Source: Lytechinus pictus
Lineage: Eukaryota
Direction of reading: 5' to 3'
Length of the DNA: 64,000 nucleotides
NCBI RefSeq assembly: GCF_037042905.1
Contig: NC_087246.1
Span: 5,520,001 to 5,584,000 of the forward strand
Part shown: piece by piece, positions 61,001-64,000 of the stretch
Numbering within the stretch: the stretch's first letter is position 1
Layout of the letters: each line of letters starts with the position of its first letter
Translations under genes and position numbers: made by a program
Notes under the pieces: generated by a model
What the model was told of the DNA's origin: nothing
What the model saw: the letters and a program-made list of their open reading frames with translations, nothing else
Database searches by the model: none

Positions 61001-63606
61001 GATTTAAAGACATCAGATTTTATGCCACCACCTTTTTCTTTTTAAAGTGGAACAAATTGCTTGTGATCATGGAATGAGAAGGACTCCTTATTTTTATTCC
61101 ATGTTCAACATTACAGAATCAACAATATCTGAGAAGATAAAATGGAAGTCAGTGAATATCTAAGAAAGAAAAAAGAAATAATTGAGGATTATTACACCAT
61201 GCTTGACAGAAACAGACAGAGGATGTGAGCTCGCATAGTCCACCTGACTCACACAAATACTGTGACTATCGCAAGAATTTAAATTGGTATGGTGGGGGTG
61301 TCTTAAAATTGTAGCATGGGAATATGTATATTGGATAAATCACATTGGGTGTCATGGTTAAATCACTGCTTTATCTATTTCTACCTGGCTGTTAGTGTTA
61401 ACATAACTTCCCCCTGGTTGAATAAACATTGTGTGCATCAGTATACTCAATAAAAGTCTTTTCATTTCTTTACATTCAGCTTTTCACAGAGCATACTATA
61501 AAGAAAAGATCTGCACACTGTTTCCACGCTATAACCAGCAGGTGACCTCTGCAAAACATAAAGGGTCAGCAAAGAGGGTCAACTCACTGAGAGAAAATAT
61601 TGTTAGTATGTAGACGTGGGGACTGTTTCATAAAGGACTTGCAACTGTTGTAACTTTGCCATAATGGCAACTACCATGGTAACAGGGTTCAGCAGCCAAT
61701 CAGAATTAAGTTTCCATGGTAGTTGCCAAAAATGGAAAAGTTACAACAGTTGCAAGTCCTTTCTGAAACAGGCCCCTGATCTGTTGATATACATGAACAA
61801 CCATTTTTAATATCATCTTAGTGTCTTTGTTAACTATGGAAGAAGAAGGAGAAGGAGAAAAAGCAGGATGAGAAGGAGAAGAAGAAGAAGAAGAAGAAGG
61901 GAAATAATCAACAAAAATGACAACAAAAAGTGCTGACAACTCACTTTCTCATGTAAAAAAATATATATATATCCGAAGAGGAAGGAGAAGGATAAAAAGA
62001 AGAAGAAAAAGAAGAAGAGGAGGAGGACAAGGAGGAAGATGAGAAGAAAAGACAAGTTCTGTCCTAATAAAAATAGCAGTACTCTATTGCACCAACTGTA
62101 GATTGAAGATCTCAATGCATACTTTGAAGTCATCTTATGCCCCCCTATAGGTACCAAAATAGTCACAAAATCACTGTGCTTGCCAATCACTGTGCTTGCC
62201 AATCACTGTGCAACCCCATCGAGTTGAGTTCAGGGCTGTGATAGTTTAACAAAATAATATGTCTGGAGCACCATAATCTTGACATTCTACGATTTTGTTT
62301 TAATATGCAATAATATGAGTTTCTATCTGTAGCTCAATCAGGATGACGAAACCCAAGTTCTGCATTGGACATTTTTGGACACTCTTTTGTCTTGGTCACC
62401 TTATCTGTCTTGCAACCTCTTATGCAACATTCGACCATATTGTGCAATTATTAAATATTATTGTATAAAAAAGAATACAAAGTGTCCTAAATAATACTAC
62501 ATTCATAATCGTGTTTACCTGACACTGAATTCAAAAGATTGTTTTTATTTCCTTTGATTTGGGGGAATCTAACCCAAATGGAATGTTGTTTTAACAGAAA
62601 AAAAGACGGAATGAATCAAGTTTTAGTAGGCTATAAAATCAAGTAATCACTGTGGAAACTTCAAAATTCAAATTGATCACATATCCCAGGTGATGTCATT
62701 TTATTTTTAGGGTATTTAAACTCGAATTAGACCTACTCCAAATTAATTACTAAAATGTACTTTTTTTTCTAATTATAATAATAATAATTGGCATTTATAT
62801 AGCGCTTTATCAATCTACAACTGTTCAAAGCGCTTCACAATTATCATTATCAATCTACAACTGTTCAAAGCGCTTCACAATTATCATTATCAATCTACAA
62901 CTGTTCAAAGCGCTTCACAATTATCATTACCCGGTCACTGGATTCATAGCATATTTCAAGCAGCCTGTTAGGCGCAAACTTGCTAAACCAACCACAATGA
63001 CTTATACTTAGAATCATACTTTTCTTTCAAGAGGACATTTAATATACATGTAATTTCATAATAAAATCATAAAAATACAATTAATAAATGTGATAGAAAA
63101 TCAATACAAAAACAGAATCAACACATTTGAGGCTGAACAACTTCTACATTGCAAAACCTGGTAGCCTGGTCAGGAAAAGGAGACAAAGCTTGAGCAATGA
63201 TCCTTCAAGTAACCCCTTAGAGTTCTAGTTCAAGAGTTCATTTTCTTTCTTTCTCTACATCTGTTTCTATCCAATTCCACACAAAGGTTGCATTCCCCCA
63301 ACAGCATTCATATTTTCTAGTTTCTGCCACCACGTTGATATTTTATAAATACTTTAAAAAAGAGCATACACACCTTCCACGCGCGAAAATATATACATTA
63401 TATATACCCACTCAATAAGACCTAGGTAGGCCTACCCGCGGGTACCCCCTTGCCTTGGCCTGGGTATACCTACCACTTGGTCCTGTACTGTAGGGTTCCA
63501 TAGCCGTGATATCACTGATATAGAGCCTGACGTAGGACTTGTAAACCGGGTCTTGGTTCCATTTATCACGGGGTAAATAAGAATATCTGATTACTTTTGA
63601 GGCCAT
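33846..63606 (-). CDS. STN1: CST complex subunit STN1 (OBFC1), complete 9-exon CDS, 1116 nt / 371 aa
   Basis: Exons 63606-63474, 50624-50529, 49899-49813, 45423-45268, 43071-42923, 42396-42256, 40605-40486, 37751-37679, 34006-33846. All GT-AG, phases compatible. Protein: WNQDPVYKSYVRLYISDI..YKNHPIYRVDVMGIVV..VDDGTGVIQCCCW..ELGDLIHVRGRLKLFRGNIEV (OB fold), then QNFYLHELETV..GCHYMHV..LSWLESNSEVISTTSKHYMAIT* (winged-helix region). Colinear with vertebrate STN1 as I recall it. Confidence 0.95.
35226..36072. mobile_element. PIF/Harbinger-like MITE (847 bp)
   Basis: TIR gggtgtgtttatgcttcca..cagaatcagcgtt / aacgctgattctg..tggaagcataaacatggcc; 3-bp TSD AAA; removal restores host unit aaactttcaaa|gttatga. 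Confidence 0.85.
36212..36547 (+). mobile_element. tRNA-derived SINE nested in the DINE-like element
   Basis: A-box-like gtgtagtggtt, B box ggttcaaatccc, core ctccacccaggtattaaatgggtacc, tail gtgcttagaaac..aagcac + (TAT)n. Confidence 0.8.
37679..37751 (-). CDS. STN1: STN1 coding exon 8 (73 nt)
   Basis: AVPGNFRLNESILEILREDCQHPK; acceptor ctctcactgtcaag|, donor T|gtaagt. Confidence 0.88.
38440..38790 (-). mobile_element. tRNA-derived SINE with Deu/Nin-like core
   Basis: Reverse complement aligns with 11470-11812; keeps head ggctgtcggtaaagcatctgcc..gtgggtttgagttc. Confidence 0.75.
40037..40418. mobile_element. Kolobok-like MITE
   Basis: ttaaaggggaagttcaccctggc / gccagggtgacctt; inner tttgatgaaaatc / gattttcatcaaa. 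Confidence 0.6.
40486..40605 (-). CDS. STN1: STN1 coding exon 7 (120 nt)
   Basis: DADRPHQRGRQIKNVFKNVTEKLENDGMVFRSSTEHGLYQ; acceptor tttgtag|, donor CAG|gtactg. Confidence 0.88.
40787..41178. mobile_element. Foldback element built of ~15-bp tcgtcta/tagacga repeats
   Basis: Left tandem ttcgtcta/tggtccaa units; right inverted tagacgaa/ttggacca units; tgccaactcgtctact / agtagacgagttggca. Confidence 0.75.
42256..42396 (-). CDS. STN1: STN1 coding exon 6 (141 nt; 135 nt with the downstream acceptor)
   Basis: VQLIGEVHIKLLKLLQEKIIQNFYLHELETVAELLEIASLPCHEYQE; donor GAG|gtgggc. Confidence 0.88.
42923..43071 (-). CDS. STN1: STN1 coding exon 5 (149 nt)
   Basis: KIQDPSYQTEMKRMEEIPILYQSVYDLPFVSEGGPSVCALEDKTALKRE; acceptor ttcctag|, donor GAG|gtgagt. 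Confidence 0.9.
43158..44838 (+). mobile_element. 5'-truncated L2/CR1-group LINE with uninterrupted RT frame (491 codons), antisense in STN1 intron 4
   Basis: NYRPIANLP, LLDYTAAFDTIDH, GVPQGSVVGP, YADD, LDYCN, HITPIL..LHWLP, GDRAFS; 3' stem gcgctta..taagcgc and (TAT)n tail. Confidence 0.95.
45268..45423 (-). CDS. STN1: STN1 coding exon 4 (156 nt)
   Basis: DAEGELAASLFKRMEDSTQEVLTSYELGDLIHVRGRLKLFRGNIEVSASYF; acceptor ttttgcag|, donor A|gtaaat. Confidence 0.92.
45950..46520 (-). mobile_element. Decayed L2/CR1-group LINE 3' fragment
   Basis: CHLDYCNSLL..LHWFPV..FKVLLLTYQCLHAMAPKYL..GERSFAHAATSLWN with frameshifts; (TAT)n tail at ~45950. Confidence 0.85.
46968..47131. mobile_element. Short MITE family (related copies ~17870-18020, 51591-51748, 61618-61776)
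   Basis: ggggagcgtttcat / atgaaacggtcccc ends; shared gttaccatggtaac and tgtcagatctgaca motifs. Confidence 0.75.
47336..47381 (+). ncRNA. Type I hammerhead ribozyme motif, core G5 mutated
   Basis: Stem I acggc/gccgt; core CTCATGA (vs CTGATGA); stem II tgctt/aagca; GAAA; stem III act/agt; GTA triplet. Confidence 0.7.
49813..49899 (-). CDS. STN1: STN1 coding exon 3 (87 nt)
   Basis: VDDGTGVIQCCCWKPKRDERSHNIHQTSI (OB-fold DDGTG motif); acceptor attcag|, donor G|gtaagg; the ORF track shows a different frame here. Confidence 0.92.
50529..50624 (-). CDS. STN1: STN1 coding exon 2 (96 nt; 99 nt with alternative NAGNAG acceptor)
   Basis: DAFAYKNHPIYRVDVMGIVVSIAERERFFNYA; acceptor tttacaagcag|, donor G|gtatat. 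Confidence 0.92.
52960..54008. mobile_element. Palindrome-rich non-coding insertion(s), Crypton-like
   Basis: Palindromes ~52965-53097 and 53510-53627 (GCGAAGC centre); 14-bp IR 53658-53671 / 53994-54007; interrupts the CR1 RT. Confidence 0.5.
54528..54567 (-). ncRNA. Minimal type I hammerhead ribozyme (Penelope pLTR), same strand as STN1
   Basis: Minus: ggt CTGACGA a gcttgc agccta gcgagc GAAA gct t acc. Confidence 0.75.
55710..55749 (+). ncRNA. Minimal type I hammerhead ribozyme (inverted pLTR copy)
   Basis: ggt CTGACGA a gcttgc agccta gcaagc GAAA gct t acc; perfect 6-bp stem II; palindromic AAGCTT in place of stem III. Confidence 0.75.
55750..56577 (-). mobile_element. Helentron/DINE-1-like element (3 internal units)
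   Basis: Ends near-identical to 29858-31212 (aaacaagtggaacgcctctggcagtctcgcctgcat ... ctatgcaggcgagacaaaaa); units at 56031, 56195, 56358. Confidence 0.85.
57280..59160 (-). mobile_element. Decayed L2/CR1-group LINE
   Basis: LKNYRPVCN, LLDQSSAFNTVD, GVPQGSVGGP, YADD, FKILLLVY, AFAHAGPALWNSLP across broken frames; (TAT)n tail ~57280-57297. Confidence 0.9.
59380..60600 (+). mobile_element. RTE-clade LINE 3' fragment, split by a MITE
   Basis: RLWQAHGIRLSTKIAVYRAVV..ETWTTYRR..LEQFHQRCL..IKWQDR..QLRWTGNIIHMDDDRIPKMLLY; continues after 60340. Confidence 0.8.
59797..60336. mobile_element. Kolobok-like MITE (540 bp)
   Basis: TIR aggggaatgaaacctttggaacaag / cttgtttcaaaggtttcattttcct; flanks tgaa / ttaa; inner IR gcaatgcgacaaagatgtgtgatgtcacatgtgaacaactttccc. 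Confidence 0.8.
61838..62055. repeat. (GAA/GGA)n purine-rich microsatellite
   Basis: Direct inspection; similar tract at 38090-38215. Confidence 0.85.
62808..62929. repeat. Perfect 40-bp x3 tandem repeat within a minus-strand SINE/LINE tail
   Basis: caatctacaactgttcaaagcgcttcacaattatcatta(t) at 62811, 62851, 62891. Confidence 0.95.
63474..63606 (-). CDS. STN1: STN1 coding exon 1 (133 nt)
   Basis: ATG at 63606; MASKVIRYSYLPRDKWNQDPVYKSYVRLYISDITAMEPYSTGPS; donor G|gtaggt, phase 1. Confidence 0.9.
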
Positions 63607-64000
63607 TTCAGGGCTCTATATGGTTTATAGTCCTTATGACGTTGTTCCTTCGCAAACAAAACCTTTGTAAACATTCTTTAAACTTATCAAATTGTCGTAC
63701 TTTTCTACCAACACCACTGCTCTGCTCAGAGCTCAGCCAAAAGTCACCTGTTAGTGTTATGAGATTATTACGTCACTAGATTCCCAGGCAAGCAATCTAT
63801 CGAGGCCAACTTCAATTAGTGCATTAGAGCATGTAGTGTGAAGTTAGTAGTCTATCGGCGCAAACACATCGCGAATCTTGGTGCAAAACTATTGGTTGAG
63901 AACTTGAAGTGGGGATCATTAGCGTACCTACGGAGAGGGGGGGGGGGGGGGGGCAGAGGGGGCAGACTGCCCCCCTGACGAGTCACAACCCATGCAAGAG

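Noticed and set aside
63760..63900. STN1 core promoter (CCAAT on minus at ~63892, TCGCGA at ~63869)
   Set aside because: Short motifs only; a non-coding first exon beyond the window cannot be excluded, so the TSS is unknown

Overview
Eukaryotic, AT-rich, repeat-dense genomic DNA. The repeat repertoire suggests an invertebrate deuterostome, probably a sea urchin (inference). I reconstructed two convergent spliced genes by hand. (1) Plus strand, 15030-26242: 5 coding exons, 578 aa, with signal peptide, a stand-alone IgGFc-binding (FCGBP N-terminal-like) domain, one TM helix and a short tail ending EVDV. (2) Minus strand, 63606-33846: a complete STN1 (CST complex subunit) with 9 coding exons, 371 aa. 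The rest is mostly transposons: hAT elements with perfect 8-bp TSDs, CMC/Harbinger/Kolobok-like MITEs, Helentron/DINE-like elements with ~162-bp arrays, tRNA-derived SINEs, L2/CR1/RTE LINEs and two Penelope-like fragments. Most notable: four hammerhead-ribozyme-like motifs in STN1 introns, two forming the inverted arms of one Penelope insertion. Also notable is a possible very large CMC-like element over the first 11.5 kb, which may hold a decayed spliced gene with a P2X7/nanor-like C-terminal motif. No database searches were run; family names come from motif recognition.
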